Positions 35,783 to 46,022 of a stretch of DNA of 64,000 nucleotides are shown piece after piece (positions within the stretch are counted from its first letter, which is position 1; every line of letters begins with the position of its first letter). Source of the stretch: a virus (lineage: Duplodnaviria; Caudoviricetes); the IMG/VR virus record IMGVR_UViG_2974597873_000001, positions 1 to 64,000 of that record, one strand, 5' to 3'. Position numbers and translations under genes: made by a program. The notes beneath the pieces were generated by a model. It was not told the origin of the DNA. It worked only from the letters and a program-made list of their open reading frames with translations, and did no database searches.

Positions 35783-36115
35783 TTACACTAGTTCGTTGAT
35801 GGCTACAGTCTGCCCTAGAGTGGAGGGAATTGCAACCCCCTCCGTTCTGCGCTGCTGCATCCCCGTAACCTTTTCGCAGATCGTATAAGTGAATGCGTTT
35901 GGTGTCAACCCGCCCACATCAGTGGTCGGTACTTCCACGCTCAACTTACCATACGAATTGACGCGGCCACGGTAAATCTGCTTGGTGTAGATTACATCAT
36001 TGGTGTCGTCCTCAAAGACGTCAACACTCGGGATGAACTCTACATAACCGTAACCGGCACGCCCAAGCATGTCCTTGTACGTACCGGTTACGGTGATAGA
36101 TGTTAGGTCACTCAT
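35783..36115 (-). CDS. hypothetical beta-rich protein (resembles N-terminal domains of tail/collar proteins)
   Basis: VTGTY...G.V.F.P...G..SV..P...YTI.E. Confidence 0.5.
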   Translation of the reverse strand: MSDLTSITVTGTYKDMLGRAGYGYVEFIPSVDVFEDDTNDVIYTKQIYRGRVNSYGKLSVEVPTTDVGGLTPNAFTYTICEKVTGMQQRRTEGVAIPSTLGQTVAINELV

Positions 36116-36154
36116 GGTAACTCCGTTCACTAGGCTTGTACACCTAGTTTACGG

Positions 36155-37186
36155 TCAACCGTTCGTCACTTTGTCGAGCACTAGTCTACGGATCTCATCC
36201 TGCATGTCAAGGTCTTCCCGGATGGCTTCCACCATCTTGTCACGACCCTGCCACTTCTGGTCCCCGAAGTTGTAGTATGCTCCTCCACGGGTAATGACCT
36301 TGAACATGACACCCATGGTAATCATGTCCTTCACCTCGTCGTGCTCTCCGGGACGGAATCCTTTCTGCGAGAACTCAAAGTAGAAGTCTGTAGCGGCCGT
36401 CTTTTGGGGAGCACCAGCCTTGTTCTTCTCCACTTTGAACTTGATGGACTGGCCTACGAATACCTCTCCCTGTCCCTCTACCTTCTCCTTGATCCAGTCA
36501 TCCCGCGAAACTACTACTCGCTGGTAGAAGGCAAAGTCCTTAGCCTTACCCCCCGGAAGAGTCTTTGGAGTTCCATAAGGGGAGAATCCGCCGATCTTCT
36601 CACGGAATTGATTGACCCAGAATCCCACATACGGACGCTCCTCAGTGAAGGTCCCTCCAGACTTGCGGAAGAACTTACCGACGTTGCGTGCTCCGGCTGC
36701 AACAACAGCATCCTCCATACCCTTCTCGTCTTCCTGGTTCGCAATGAGAGCAGGATAGCTGTCTAGTACGATGCAGTCAAAGTTCTTGGAGTTGGCCGCA
36801 TCAAGGATTGCCTGCATGGCAAGCTCCATGTGCTGAGTTTCTAGCACGTGCACACGGTCGTTGTCAACACCGTTCTTCTCAGCCCAATCCCTGTCGTACG
36901 GCTCGGAAGCAAGCCAGAACGTCTGCCAATTGGGATCACGCCTCTGATTCGTGGCGATGGTGTGGAGAATACCAGACGTCTTACCAGAAGACGACTCACC
37001 ATACACCTCGATCCAACGGTTACCTGACCAACCTCCACCTAGCGCAGCATCAAGGGAGAGAATACCCGACGTCACACGGGGCGGTACGTACATTTCAGAG
37101 GCAGTGATCAGCTTAGGATGACCAGCCTTCTCCAGATCCTTGTTCATCGACGCCATGAATGTTGCAAGGTCTTGCGTTTGTGCCAT
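36155..37186 (-). CDS. recA: RecA/UvsX recombinase
   Basis: SG.LSLD.ALGGG, GESSSGKT, VLDS, NQFREKIG, PGG.A..F, KNK. Confidence 0.95.
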   Translation of the reverse strand: MAQTQDLATFMASMNKDLEKAGHPKLITASEMYVPPRVTSGILSLDAALGGGWSGNRWIEVYGESSSGKTSGILHTIATNQRRDPNWQTFWLASEPYDRDWAEKNGVDNDRVHVLETQHMELAMQAILDAANSKNFDCIVLDSYPALIANQEDEKGMEDAVVAAGARNVGKFFRKSGGTFTEERPYVGFWVNQFREKIGGFSPYGTPKTLPGGKAKDFAFYQRVVVSRDDWIKEKVEGQGEVFVGQSIKFKVEKNKAGAPQKTAATDFYFEFSQKGFRPGEHDEVKDMITMGVMFKVITRGGAYYNFGDQKWQGRDKMVEAIREDLDMQDEIRRLVLDKVTNG

Positions 37187-37222
37187 GTTTCTCCTTCTAT
37201 AAATGACGTAGGGCCAGACACA

Positions 37223-37251
37223 AGAGTATCTGACCCTACTGACAACGTCAA
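37223..37251 (-). promoter_or_regulatory. recA promoter overlapped by a hairpin
   Basis: TTGACG-17-TACTCT. Confidence 0.6.
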
Positions 37252-37443
37252 GGACTAAAAGAAGTCCCAGTCACCGCCACCTTCAGCGGTGCAAATGAGA
37301 ACAAGTCCCCCTGCGGCGAGCAGAATAACTGCAAGCCACATGGGACCACCGGCAGCCCATACGATAATGCCTGCCAGGATAAACAGAAGCTCAACCACCC
37401 ACGAGTAATCCGGACGGTGCCTAGACATGCCTCCACCTTTCAG

Positions 37444-39060
37444 TTACGAGCCGCAGACACCGCTCACACAAGCCATGCCGTTACCCAGCTCTTCGTATTC
37501 AATACCTTCAGAAGCAATTGCTTCTGCGTAACTTACCACAGTCAGCGGCTGTCCGCCACGTGCCCCATCAGGGTACACAGTGACACCACGGACGTTCGGT
37601 AGGTGCTCCATAAGGATCTCACCAAACAGCTCTGGTGTAAAGGACTGAGACTCCCATGAAGGAAGATTCAGAGTAGAGCTGATGCCGTGGTCCACATACT
37701 TCTGTACCCAAGCCTGGAACGCAAGTCTACGTCCGGGATCAAGAGACAGAGTGTACGCGGTCTCAAGAGTGTCAGGATCGATACCCTGATCAGCCAGTCG
37801 CTTAGCGATAGGCTCCACAACGTACTGGAAGTGCCACGTGGTTCCCTTGAGGTAGCGACGCTTATAGGCTACCGCAAACAAAGGCTCCACACCAGTCGTA
37901 GTCTCAGCCACAATTCCCAGAGTTCCTGTAGGAGCAACGGCACGAGTCTTGACGGGAATAGAGATCCCGAGGAAGTTAGCCGCATCGGTAGCATACTTAT
38001 CCGAACGAGCATACTCGTCCAGCCAGTACCCCAGCTCCTCATCAGGAGCGTACGGCTTACCACGTGTGGCTAGCCATTCGTACACGCCCATGATGCCAAG
38101 ACCTAGACGACGGTTCTTCTTACGGGTTTCCGCAACACCTCCGTACGGTACCTTACTGTACAGAGTTCCACAAAGCAAGAAGCGTGTGGCAAGCTCGGTA
38201 AGCTCCGCCATTTCCTCACGAGATTCAATACGCGCAAGGTTAAGGGAGCCTAGGTTACAGATGTCGTTGTCGTCACGAGAGGTCACCTCAGTACAAGCAT
38301 TTCTCAGGTGCTCTCCAGCGTTCTCACCTACGTCTACCGAGAATCCTGGCTCTCCGGTCTTCAGCATCCCTTCTACGGCCGTCCAGTACACCTTCTGAGC
38401 CCACGAGTACTGCTCATGGAAGGGGTTCTCGAACGCAGCAAAGAAATCGTCGTCAAGAATGATGGAAATGTTAGTCATATCCATCGGTGCGGATGCATTG
38501 AAATCCTTTTCCTTCATCGCAACGATATCTTCATTCCAGTCCTTGACCTTCATGAAATCGAATACGTCAGCGTGATTCCAATGCAGACCAGCCCAAATAG
38601 CGGAGCGACGTGATCCACCCTGCATAATGTTACGGCCGATCTCATTAACTGCCTGCATGAATGCAAGGGGACCTGTGGAAGTACCTCCCATGCCACCTAC
38701 GGGTGCGCCGTTAGGACGTAGCTTGGACCAGACGATACCAATGCCCGCACCAGTCATCAGACCGGAGGCTACACGGTTCATCAGGTCAGCGATACTCTCA
38801 CGAGAATCCTCCACAGTCAAGAGCAGACAGTTCTGTGTTTGGTGGAAAGGCTTACCTGTGGCATACAAGTATCTTCCGCCCGGCATGAACTTTCTGTCAG
38901 TGACAGCCTGTGTCAGTTTCTCAACATCCTCAGGGAAATACGGAGCCATAACCGTTGAGATAACACGTCTCGCAGTATCCCCCCATTCTTCTCCCTCTTG
39001 TGCGTACTTTTGCTTGTAAATGGTTTCCGCAAAGACGGACATCTCAATAGCCAAGGTCAT
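37444..39060 (-). CDS. nrdJ: ribonucleotide reductase, probably class II (B12-dependent)
   Basis: PGGRYL, NC, RNACTE, CNLGS, APTGT, C-terminal Cys pair; no beta subunit in the window. Confidence 0.8.
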   Translation of the reverse strand: MTLAIEMSVFAETIYKQKYAQEGEEWGDTARRVISTVMAPYFPEDVEKLTQAVTDRKFMPGGRYLYATGKPFHQTQNCLLLTVEDSRESIADLMNRVASGLMTGAGIGIVWSKLRPNGAPVGGMGGTSTGPLAFMQAVNEIGRNIMQGGSRRSAIWAGLHWNHADVFDFMKVKDWNEDIVAMKEKDFNASAPMDMTNISIILDDDFFAAFENPFHEQYSWAQKVYWTAVEGMLKTGEPGFSVDVGENAGEHLRNACTEVTSRDDNDICNLGSLNLARIESREEMAELTELATRFLLCGTLYSKVPYGGVAETRKKNRRLGLGIMGVYEWLATRGKPYAPDEELGYWLDEYARSDKYATDAANFLGISIPVKTRAVAPTGTLGIVAETTTGVEPLFAVAYKRRYLKGTTWHFQYVVEPIAKRLADQGIDPDTLETAYTLSLDPGRRLAFQAWVQKYVDHGISSTLNLPSWESQSFTPELFGEILMEHLPNVRGVTVYPDGARGGQPLTVVSYAEAIASEGIEYEELGNGMACVSGVCGS

Positions 39061-39086
39061 AGCTCCGTATTACTCGTGTCTGATAT

Positions 39087-39518
39087 CTAAATATGCTCGC
39101 CTAGACCCTGCTGTAGGGCCTGGATAGCACCTTGCATGGTCTGACCCCCAGAGACCTGACGAGAGGCCGCCACAGGGGCGTTTGCGTCCCCTCTGAGGGT
39201 GGGTGCGCCGTAAGCTGACTGCTCGAAGCGCGGGTTATAACCGCATTCACCACACGTAGGCATGTGGCTAGGAGACGAACGGAAATACTTGTCCCCGCCA
39301 CATCCCGGACAGGTCTCCCCTTGCTTCATGCGAACGGTAGGACTATACGTCTCCTGCGGCTGCGGGACAGCCTGTCCTTGAGGTACTGGTACCGGCTGGG
39401 AGGGTACTGTCTCTGGGACGGGAGCGTATAGGGGGTATAGTTCATTACTTCTGTGAAAGGGCTGAGTTGCAGGAGCATTGTTTACTCCCAACTTTCTCGC
39501 CCAGAAATTGTCACTCAT
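39087..39518 (-). CDS. zinc-ribbon hypothetical protein
   Basis: CPGC...CGECGY. Confidence 0.7.
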   Translation of the reverse strand: MSDNFWARKLGVNNAPATQPFHRSNELYPLYAPVPETVPSQPVPVPQGQAVPQPQETYSPTVRMKQGETCPGCGGDKYFRSSPSHMPTCGECGYNPRFEQSAYGAPTLRGDANAPVAASRQVSGGQTMQGAIQALQQGLGEHI

Positions 39519-39943
39519 TCATGTCCTCCGTAATGTAGAATTCCGTTGGTAATCAACTGACTGATTACCGAATTGGCAACAGCGGAGGAAACTCGAATAT
39601 TCTCCGCCAGGAATGCTGCCTTCTCTTCATCAGTCAAATGGGCAGCACGAGGCTCCACAGCAATGATCGCAGTGGTTGCAGCCGTAGCCGCAATCATGCA
39701 GCCGTGGTTAATGTGCTGCCCCAAAGGAAGAAGAGCACGCTTACGCATCACCATGTCACGGTATTCCGCCTCCGTGACATCCGGACTAGCCGGGGACTGA
39801 CCAAAGCGCTCAGGCTCCTTGATCATTGCGTCCCCGACCAAATCCCACATGCACTGGCGGTTCAGAACCGTCGGATAGTAACGAATATTCTCCGACGTGT
39901 CATAGGGTTCTACGTTGGCTTCGAATGGATTGTACTTAGTCAT
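39515..39943 (-). CDS. hypothetical protein
   Basis: 142 aa. Confidence 0.7.
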   Translation of the reverse strand: MTKYNPFEANVEPYDTSENIRYYPTVLNRQCMWDLVGDAMIKEPERFGQSPASPDVTEAEYRDMVMRKRALLPLGQHINHGCMIAATAATTAIIAVEPRAAHLTDEEKAAFLAENIRVSSAVANSVISQLITNGILHYGGHE

Positions 39944-39966
39944 ATCTGCTCACTTCCGTCATGTCA

Positions 39967-42039
39967 TCACTCCTTGGCATCCGACCACCTGTCACAGACA
40001 GCCACGTCACCGACGTCCAGAGGAACGCCAATGAGATCCTGAATTTCTGAACCCAGCATAGCCTGACGGAGAAGAGCACTACCAACACTAACACGCTCTT
40101 CCGGACAGGTGAGAACCAGTTCATCGTGTACTGAAAGGATGAGCTGAATTTCCTTACCCGGATTCTCCTTTGCGTCTTCCTTGAGAAGTTCGTGCAGACG
40201 CACCATGGCAAGCTTGATGATGTCACCAAGACTGCCCTGAATCAGGCTATTAAAGAGCTGTCGCTCCGCTCGCCACACCTTCCACTGCTCGTCCCGGTTG
40301 GTCACGTGAAGATCCCACACACGGCGGATGCGACCCATGATGGTCTTGATGTGAGGAATCTCACGGCTCTTGGCCTTCTTGATAACCGCAGCCTTGAACG
40401 CGTAGATCTCCGGGAAAGCCACACGGTGATTCGCAAGGAGTTCCTTGGCCTCATCGATAGTCATACCCAGCATGGACGCCACCTTATCCGGACCCGCACC
40501 GTAAACGATAGCGAAGTTCAGAGTCTTAGCAGCAGAACGCATCCACTTGTTCTCGTCACGCTTGAAGTACTTAGGATCTGCCTTGAATTCCTCCATCTTC
40601 CCGAACACCAGCGCAGCAGTCTGCGTGTGTGCGTCAATGCCTGCCTGGAAACCGTCGTAGAGACCACCGTGACCGATGTACGAAGCCAGGATACGAAGCT
40701 CCATCTGACCATAGTCAGCCACGAGAAGCTTGTAACCCTTAGGCGCACGGAACAGACCACGTACCTTCTTACCCAGCTCCGTGTTAGGTGCCGGAATGTT
40801 CTGAAGGTTCGGAGCACGGGATGAGAATCGTCCCGACACCGTTCCGTACTGTACCAGATCAGTATGGATACGTCCATTGAAGATCAGGCACGGCTTCTTA
40901 ATCGGATCATCCGGATCACCCAGGTAACCACGAACGTAGGTGCTGCGAAGCTTACTGACTTCCGCGTAGGCAAGGAGTTGCTTTACCAGCTCGTTGTCAT
41001 GGAAATCCTCAAGCGCTTCCTGATCTGTGGACCAGGAATAGATATCCGGCTTGAAGCTAGGGTCTTTCTTCTTCTTGTCCTTCGCAGTCTTTGTCAGCTT
41101 GGTAGGCTTAAGACCCTGTCCTCCATCCTTCTTAAATCCATAAAGGATTTCCTGCTTTTGCTTAGGGGAATTGATATTGAATTGCTTCTTAGCCGCTCGA
41201 TAAACAAGCGTTTCAATTTCCACCAGCCGCTGAGTAAGAGCCTGGTCAAGTTCCTGAATCGCCTGAGCGTCCACAGGAGCGCCGATCAAACCCATGTCGC
41301 AGCAGACTGGCGTTACCGCCTCCTCAAGCTCTCTGATGCCCGACAGACCCTGTTCCTGACACCACTCATCGAAACGCTTCCAGAGCAGCCACGTGTACTT
41401 AGCGTCCAGCAGTGCGTACCGAGCCACCACGTTGAACGGGTGCGCCTCAATGCACTTACCAACCTCCTCCTTGTCGTAGTCCACGTTGTAGTACCACTTG
41501 GTAAGAGTCTTGAGACCCTTGTCACGAGGAGCCTTACGGCTGAAGTTCTCCGTGGTGCCGATGTTCTCATCGAGAAGCCACTGAAGAACAATGGAATCAG
41601 ACATCGGACCATAAGGAATATCACCGAAGTGCTTAGCCACAGAGATGAAGTCGAACGTGGCATTGTGCGCAATCTTCATCCGATTGGAGAAGAACAGAGG
41701 ACGAAGGGCATCGAATACCTGAGACGGACGGAGCTGCGCCGGAGGAGCATCAAATTCCGGAGCGATGTTCTCGAACTTACCGGTCTCCTTATTCTTGAAG
41801 CGCTTCTTTCCATCCTTATTCAGGTGGACATTACCATTCGGGTGTCCCATCGGAATAACAATGGCACGACCATAAGTCGCCATGGAAATCCACACCACAC
41901 GATTCTGTGTGGGAATGCCTCGCGTACCCTCTCCCTCAGGTCCCGGCATAGTTTCCGTGTCCCAAGCAAAGGCATCGAACTGAAGGAAGTACTCTACCTC
42001 CTCCCGAAGCTGCTCGATAGTCGTTACAAGCCCTTCCAT
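39967..42039 (-). CDS. polA: DNA polymerase I (family A) with 3'-5' exonuclease
   Basis: WDTET, HNATFD, GRFSS..PNLQNIP, ADYGQMELR, RSAAKTLNFAIVYG, VHDEL. Confidence 0.95.
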   Translation of the reverse strand: MEGLVTTIEQLREEVEYFLQFDAFAWDTETMPGPEGEGTRGIPTQNRVVWISMATYGRAIVIPMGHPNGNVHLNKDGKKRFKNKETGKFENIAPEFDAPPAQLRPSQVFDALRPLFFSNRMKIAHNATFDFISVAKHFGDIPYGPMSDSIVLQWLLDENIGTTENFSRKAPRDKGLKTLTKWYYNVDYDKEEVGKCIEAHPFNVVARYALLDAKYTWLLWKRFDEWCQEQGLSGIRELEEAVTPVCCDMGLIGAPVDAQAIQELDQALTQRLVEIETLVYRAAKKQFNINSPKQKQEILYGFKKDGGQGLKPTKLTKTAKDKKKKDPSFKPDIYSWSTDQEALEDFHDNELVKQLLAYAEVSKLRSTYVRGYLGDPDDPIKKPCLIFNGRIHTDLVQYGTVSGRFSSRAPNLQNIPAPNTELGKKVRGLFRAPKGYKLLVADYGQMELRILASYIGHGGLYDGFQAGIDAHTQTAALVFGKMEEFKADPKYFKRDENKWMRSAAKTLNFAIVYGAGPDKVASMLGMTIDEAKELLANHRVAFPEIYAFKAAVIKKAKSREIPHIKTIMGRIRRVWDLHVTNRDEQWKVWRAERQLFNSLIQGSLGDIIKLAMVRLHELLKEDAKENPGKEIQLILSVHDELVLTCPEERVSVGSALLRQAMLGSEIQDLIGVPLDVGDVAVCDRWSDAKE

Positions 42040-42108
42040 ACTTACCTCCTCTTGATATGACAACACCCTCTGCACGAAATGTATCATGCAGAGGGTGTGT
42101 CTGTCTAA

Positions 42109-42813
42109 CTACAGGTTACGAGCAAGCTCTTCCAGCTTATCCAGGAAGGGAGAGAAGACCGAAGTCTCATCATAACGCTTGGACGCTGCCTCGATCTCGT
42201 ACTCAGTCAGGGGCTCGATACCGAAATCATCCTGAACGTCACGTGCCTTGATCGGCATAACGTTAGTGGTCTTACGCCCCGTGTTACCGTCAGTGGACTG
42301 GTAGATTTCCCAGTACCACTTCTCGTCGTTAAGGGACGGGTAACGACCCGTGGGGTCCTGAAGGAACGAGATGAGCTTGTTCTTGACCTCAGTACCGAAG
42401 GTGTAGGTGTGAACCTCGTACTCACCCGCATTGTTAGGGTTCGCCGTAAGGTCAAGGACGTTCATAAGGAACGCCTGACCCGGACGGTGATCCTTGTCGC
42501 ACAGAGGGCAAGAATCCTCAGTACCGAGAGAGACCGGGCAGTTACTGTAACCCTTGCCCTGAATCCAGTGGCGGGAGAAGCGAACAACCGGCTCCTCATC
42601 CAGGAACTTGATCAGACGACGACCATTACGAAGATCCAGGAACGGTGCCTTCTCTGTCTTACGCGTGCTCTGGGAGCTGGAATTGCCCCAGCCACTTCCC
42701 ACAGCCTTGGAGCGAATCGAACGAGAAGCGCTGCGCTCCTGCGTCGGCTCAGTCTCCGGAGCCTCGTTGTCGGTCTCAACGTTGTTGTTAACCGGGCGAC
42801 GACGAACAGCCAT
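42109..42813 (-). CDS. ssDNA-binding protein (gp32-like, Zn site)
   Basis: IKFLD...H.....C....CPLC; adjacent to the polymerase. Confidence 0.7.
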   Translation of the reverse strand: MAVRRRPVNNNVETDNEAPETEPTQERSASRSIRSKAVGSGWGNSSSQSTRKTEKAPFLDLRNGRRLIKFLDEEPVVRFSRHWIQGKGYSNCPVSLGTEDSCPLCDKDHRPGQAFLMNVLDLTANPNNAGEYEVHTYTFGTEVKNKLISFLQDPTGRYPSLNDEKWYWEIYQSTDGNTGRKTTNVMPIKARDVQDDFGIEPLTEYEIEAASKRYDETSVFSPFLDKLEELARNL

Positions 42814-42875
42814 GTTTTCTCCTAAGTTGTTTCTATATGCCGTGCGGACTTCCGATGTCCGCTGGGGTGTTTACT

Positions 42876-42904
42876 ATCTTACCCTGTCACACTGACAAGG
42901 TCAA
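42876..42904 (-). promoter_or_regulatory. SSB promoter
   Basis: TTGACC-17-TAAGAT. Confidence 0.65.
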
Positions 42905-43281
42905 TCCTGCGGAGACTCAACAATCAGATGGATGAAGGTTCCATCCTTGTCCCCGCGCACAGTGCTCTTGTGTACCGTAAGAGCCGCAGCCATCTCAAGC
43001 TCAGGAGCAAGAGCAGCGTACACCTTGTCCCACAGGTACGCAACCTGTGCTTCCTCGTCACCATCAGCCGCAAAGCGTGCCTTGGTGGAGGCGAAGGAGG
43101 ACTTGTTCTCAAAGTTCCCCAGGTTCACCTGGAAGGATGAAGATACTACGATCTCCACCTCATTATCAAGTGGTGTGATCTTAGCAGCAGTGTTCAGGAT
43201 GCTCGGTTCAGCGTCCGGAACAGCTCCGTTGCTCTCGTCGTGAACTGCGTCTCCACGAGTCTTCGTCCTTTGTGCGGCCAT
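42901..43281 (-). CDS. hypothetical protein
   Basis: VNLGNFE motif; GGGAG RBS. Confidence 0.65.
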   Translation of the reverse strand: MAAQRTKTRGDAVHDESNGAVPDAEPSILNTAAKITPLDNEVEIVVSSSFQVNLGNFENKSSFASTKARFAADGDEEAQVAYLWDKVYAALAPELEMAAALTVHKSTVRGDKDGTFIHLIVESPQD

Positions 43282-43634
43282 AGTACTCCCTCTTCCTTTG
43301 CGATCCGGATCAACCCCTCAACCATAGCACGGGAATACATTCTTCGCACCCCGCGCGGATCAGAGCTTGGCTTCTTGTAAGGCGACTTGGGAAGTGTACC
43401 TTCCTTCTCCCAAGCGCGCAACGTGTTGGGGCTTCTGTTCCCCAAAGCACGGGCGAGAGCGCCGATGGTGAAGAACTCTACCTCCTTACCCTTGAGGGTA
43501 AAGATCTGAGGCTTGTCGTCCCATCGGTCACTCTCGTCTGATTGTGCCTGTCTGATGCTGTCGATGTCAAGAGGAGTCGTTGACCCCGGAAAGACCTTGC
43601 TGAATGCTTGGTCTATCGATTCCGTACTGGTCAA
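43194..43634 (-). CDS. MerR-like HTH DNA-binding protein
   Basis: TIGALARALG.RSPNTLRAWEKEG.LP...RRMY. Confidence 0.8.
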   Translation of the reverse strand: MTSTESIDQAFSKVFPGSTTPLDIDSIRQAQSDESDRWDDKPQIFTLKGKEVEFFTIGALARALGNRSPNTLRAWEKEGTLPKSPYKKPSSDPRGVRRMYSRAMVEGLIRIAKEEGVLWPHKGRRLVETQFTTRATELFRTLNRAS

Positions 43635-43797
43635 GTAGCTTCTCCAAATAATCGATTGTTGTCTTTTCTCCTCGCTGGACTCCCAATTCATACGCTGCCT
43701 GAACAATGTCCTGAATGAATTGGAATTCCTGCGGCATATCTCTGGCTAGTGCCTGAAGATTCTCCGGTAGCTTACTGTATTTCTGTGCGTCCGTCAA
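43567..43797 (-). CDS. hypothetical protein
   Basis: 76 aa, GGAGG RBS. Confidence 0.5.
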   Translation of the reverse strand: MTDAQKYSKLPENLQALARDMPQEFQFIQDIVQAAYELGVQRGEKTTIDYLEKLLDQYGIDRPSIQQGLSGVNDSS

Positions 43798-44026
43798 TGG
43801 CCTCCACCACCCAGTTGATAGCCTCCGCAGAATTACCCGCTACACGCCACACAGTGACGTCCTCAGGGCGATCCTCGTAAGACTTGTAATCATACACCTC
43901 AGCCCAGCCGTGAGGAGTCTGGAGCTGCCACTCAGCAAGCACCTTATCAGGATCTCCTTCCTGATGTGGGCCGAATGCCTTGACGATCTCCTCGTAAGAG
44001 GTATGAACAGTAGCACGGTCTACCAT
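43772..44026 (-). CDS. hypothetical protein
   Basis: 84 aa; DKV.AEW...YDYK. Confidence 0.6.
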   Translation of the reverse strand: MVDRATVHTSYEEIVKAFGPHQEGDPDKVLAEWQLQTPHGWAEVYDYKSYEDRPEDVTVWRVAGNSAEAINWVVEAIDGRTEIQ

Positions 44027-44250
44027 GTGGAAACCCTCGCATCCTCTACGCTGAGATCACGCATGATCTGCTCAGAGATCTCGTAGTCGTAATCCGAAAG
44101 GATCTTAGTCCACAGCTCCTCAGAAACCTCATCGTTACCACGCTTCTCAGCGTCTACGATCTGCTCCCAAAGATCTCCTAGCTTGTCGTCAAGCTCCAGC
44201 ACGACACTGCTCGGCGTCCAAACACTGAGTCTCAGAAATTCCTTAGCCAT
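44020..44250 (-). CDS. hypothetical protein
   Basis: 76 aa. Confidence 0.6.
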   Translation of the reverse strand: MAKEFLRLSVWTPSSVVLELDDKLGDLWEQIVDAEKRGNDEVSEELWTKILSDYDYEISEQIMRDLSVEDARVSTW

Positions 44251-44504
44251 TAAACCCTCTTCCCGTAGTACTTGTCAATGCTGTAGTGGTCCAGGAGATC
44301 AACTTCTCCTTCAAACATCATGCCATGAGTAGGGGGAGCAGCCTGTACGCACTTGACGACATAGTACTGCTCCCCCGTATCAGGGTCAAGCCAGCTCTGC
44401 ATGATCTCAATGATGCACGGTCGAACATGTTCGAACCGTTCGTACTCGTCGGAGAACTTGTCACCGATACTGAACACTTCGTCGGACCTTACAGAACTGT
44501 GCAT
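44250..44504 (-). CDS. hypothetical protein
   Basis: 84 aa, AAGGAG RBS. Confidence 0.6.
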   Translation of the reverse strand: MHSSVRSDEVFSIGDKFSDEYERFEHVRPCIIEIMQSWLDPDTGEQYYVVKCVQAAPPTHGMMFEGEVDLLDHYSIDKYYGKRV

Positions 44505-44514
44505 GACCTACTCC

Positions 44515-45093
44515 TTAATCGTGGCTGTATTCTTCTTGGAGTACACGCGTAGGAGTAATAACCACCTGCGTGTGATCACCAAACTTAGAACGAAGAGCAT
44601 CCTCAAATTCCACGGACTGGAGAGGAATATCCAAGTCCTTGACATTCGGGGTATCAGGGTGGTCGTAGGAATGGTCTACGAAGTCGTACAGACCCTCCTG
44701 TAGCTCTCGGTAGTACCTGACCGTACCATCATCTTCCTCGGACTTGCGATAGTCCGTCCAGCGCTCTCCCGCGTTCAGCTCGTACGCTTCCTTGGTGACG
44801 TTAACCTCATACTCCTCGTGGAAGTTAAAGTTCACCCAGTTCTCAGCAACCTCTGGATTGGAGGTGACAGAAACTTCGTGCACGCTGAACTCACAAACAT
44901 CTCCGTCCATGAAGTAAGGGGTGTACTGCTGCCATGTGATGGCCTTAACACCCTTCTCCCACACAGCATCCAGGTAAGGCTTCAGCTCAGAAATAGGACG
45001 AGGAGTGTAATTGCGCTCCCGCCACGAACTATAACGCTCACCCTCTACTGGAATCCCTAGGAACTCTCTCACGTCGTTGTTGGATGTAGTCAT
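44515..45093 (-). CDS. hypothetical protein (WxQYTPYFxDGDxCxF family)
   Basis: conserved-looking motif, ends EEYSHD. Confidence 0.7.
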   Translation of the reverse strand: MTTSNNDVREFLGIPVEGERYSSWRERNYTPRPISELKPYLDAVWEKGVKAITWQQYTPYFMDGDVCEFSVHEVSVTSNPEVAENWVNFNFHEEYEVNVTKEAYELNAGERWTDYRKSEEDDGTVRYYRELQEGLYDFVDHSYDHPDTPNVKDLDIPLQSVEFEDALRSKFGDHTQVVITPTRVLQEEYSHD

Positions 45094-45476
45094 TCGTTGC
45101 CTCCGAATACGCTTTCGTAATTACCGATTTCCTTACGCAGTCCACCAGACATCCAATCTGCATCTTCTACGTTAATGCGCTTAAGATAATCTGCGGGGCT
45201 CGGAAGCCACCCCAGATCCTCCATGATGTGCCGCTCAGCAATGAGCCTTACAGGCACTTCTACCGTCCCGTGGCCGTTCTTCTTGGCCACGTGGATAACC
45301 CTGCCAAAGATCTGCTGACACAGCCACACGCCTTCTGTGTGATGGTATACAGCACGATGACGAACGTCCCCGAAGATTTTCTTGGACGAGTCAATGAACT
45401 CCTCGATCTCAATGTAATCCTCAGGAACACCTCCCCACTTCTTGGCAGCGGACTTAGCGTGATGCCAAGAATTCAT
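45090..45476 (-). CDS. DUF6915-like protein
   Basis: HAKSAAKKWGG..EDY..I..FID.SK...RHRA..HH...AE.HI.EDL. Confidence 0.7.
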   Translation of the reverse strand: MNSWHHAKSAAKKWGGVPEDYIEIEEFIDSSKKIFGDVRHRAVYHHTEGVWLCQQIFGRVIHVAKKNGHGTVEVPVRLIAERHIMEDLGWLPSPADYLKRINVEDADWMSGGLRKEIGNYESVFGGNE

Positions 45477-45623
45477 TAGCCGAACCTCAGCTCTTCCTCA
45501 TCCGGTACGTAGACGGACATTTCTACAAGATTCAGAGATACAAAACGTGTCCCTGCTTCGTAGCAATCACTGTCCTCTACGGAATTGATTCCGTAGACCT
45601 TTCCGTCCAGAATTACCCAGCCT

Positions 45624-46022
45624 CTAAAGGAGTCCGTCAACGTCCACTCCTCTGTGAGCAAGCCAGATCTTGTACTGATCGATGGTGTTCACGATCACAC
45701 GATGGTTGACAGCGAAGCAGTTGAAAGGATTCAGTGCCCCGCAATCTCCGTGCTCGAACACCTCGTGTACCGCACGAGCAGGATCACGCATACTCATGGG
45801 CCAAGGGATCTCCGTAGTGGACTTGGACGACTCAGCCTCAGCCGCATACTCCTTGGCGCAGACCTCAATGAAGTGATCCCTTACGCGCTCAGAGAAGCTG
45901 AGATCACACATGACGTCATCCACGATGGTAACCAGCTCGAAAGCCAGATCCTCACCGCGAGTAACGATTTCGTCCACGAACTGATATGGATCGATCTCAG
46001 CCTCTACGGCAATGTTATACAT
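45624..46022 (-). CDS. hypothetical protein
   Basis: 132 aa. Confidence 0.6.
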   Translation of the reverse strand: MYNIAVEAEIDPYQFVDEIVTRGEDLAFELVTIVDDVMCDLSFSERVRDHFIEVCAKEYAAEAESSKSTTEIPWPMSMRDPARAVHEVFEHGDCGALNPFNCFAVNHRVIVNTIDQYKIWLAHRGVDVDGLL

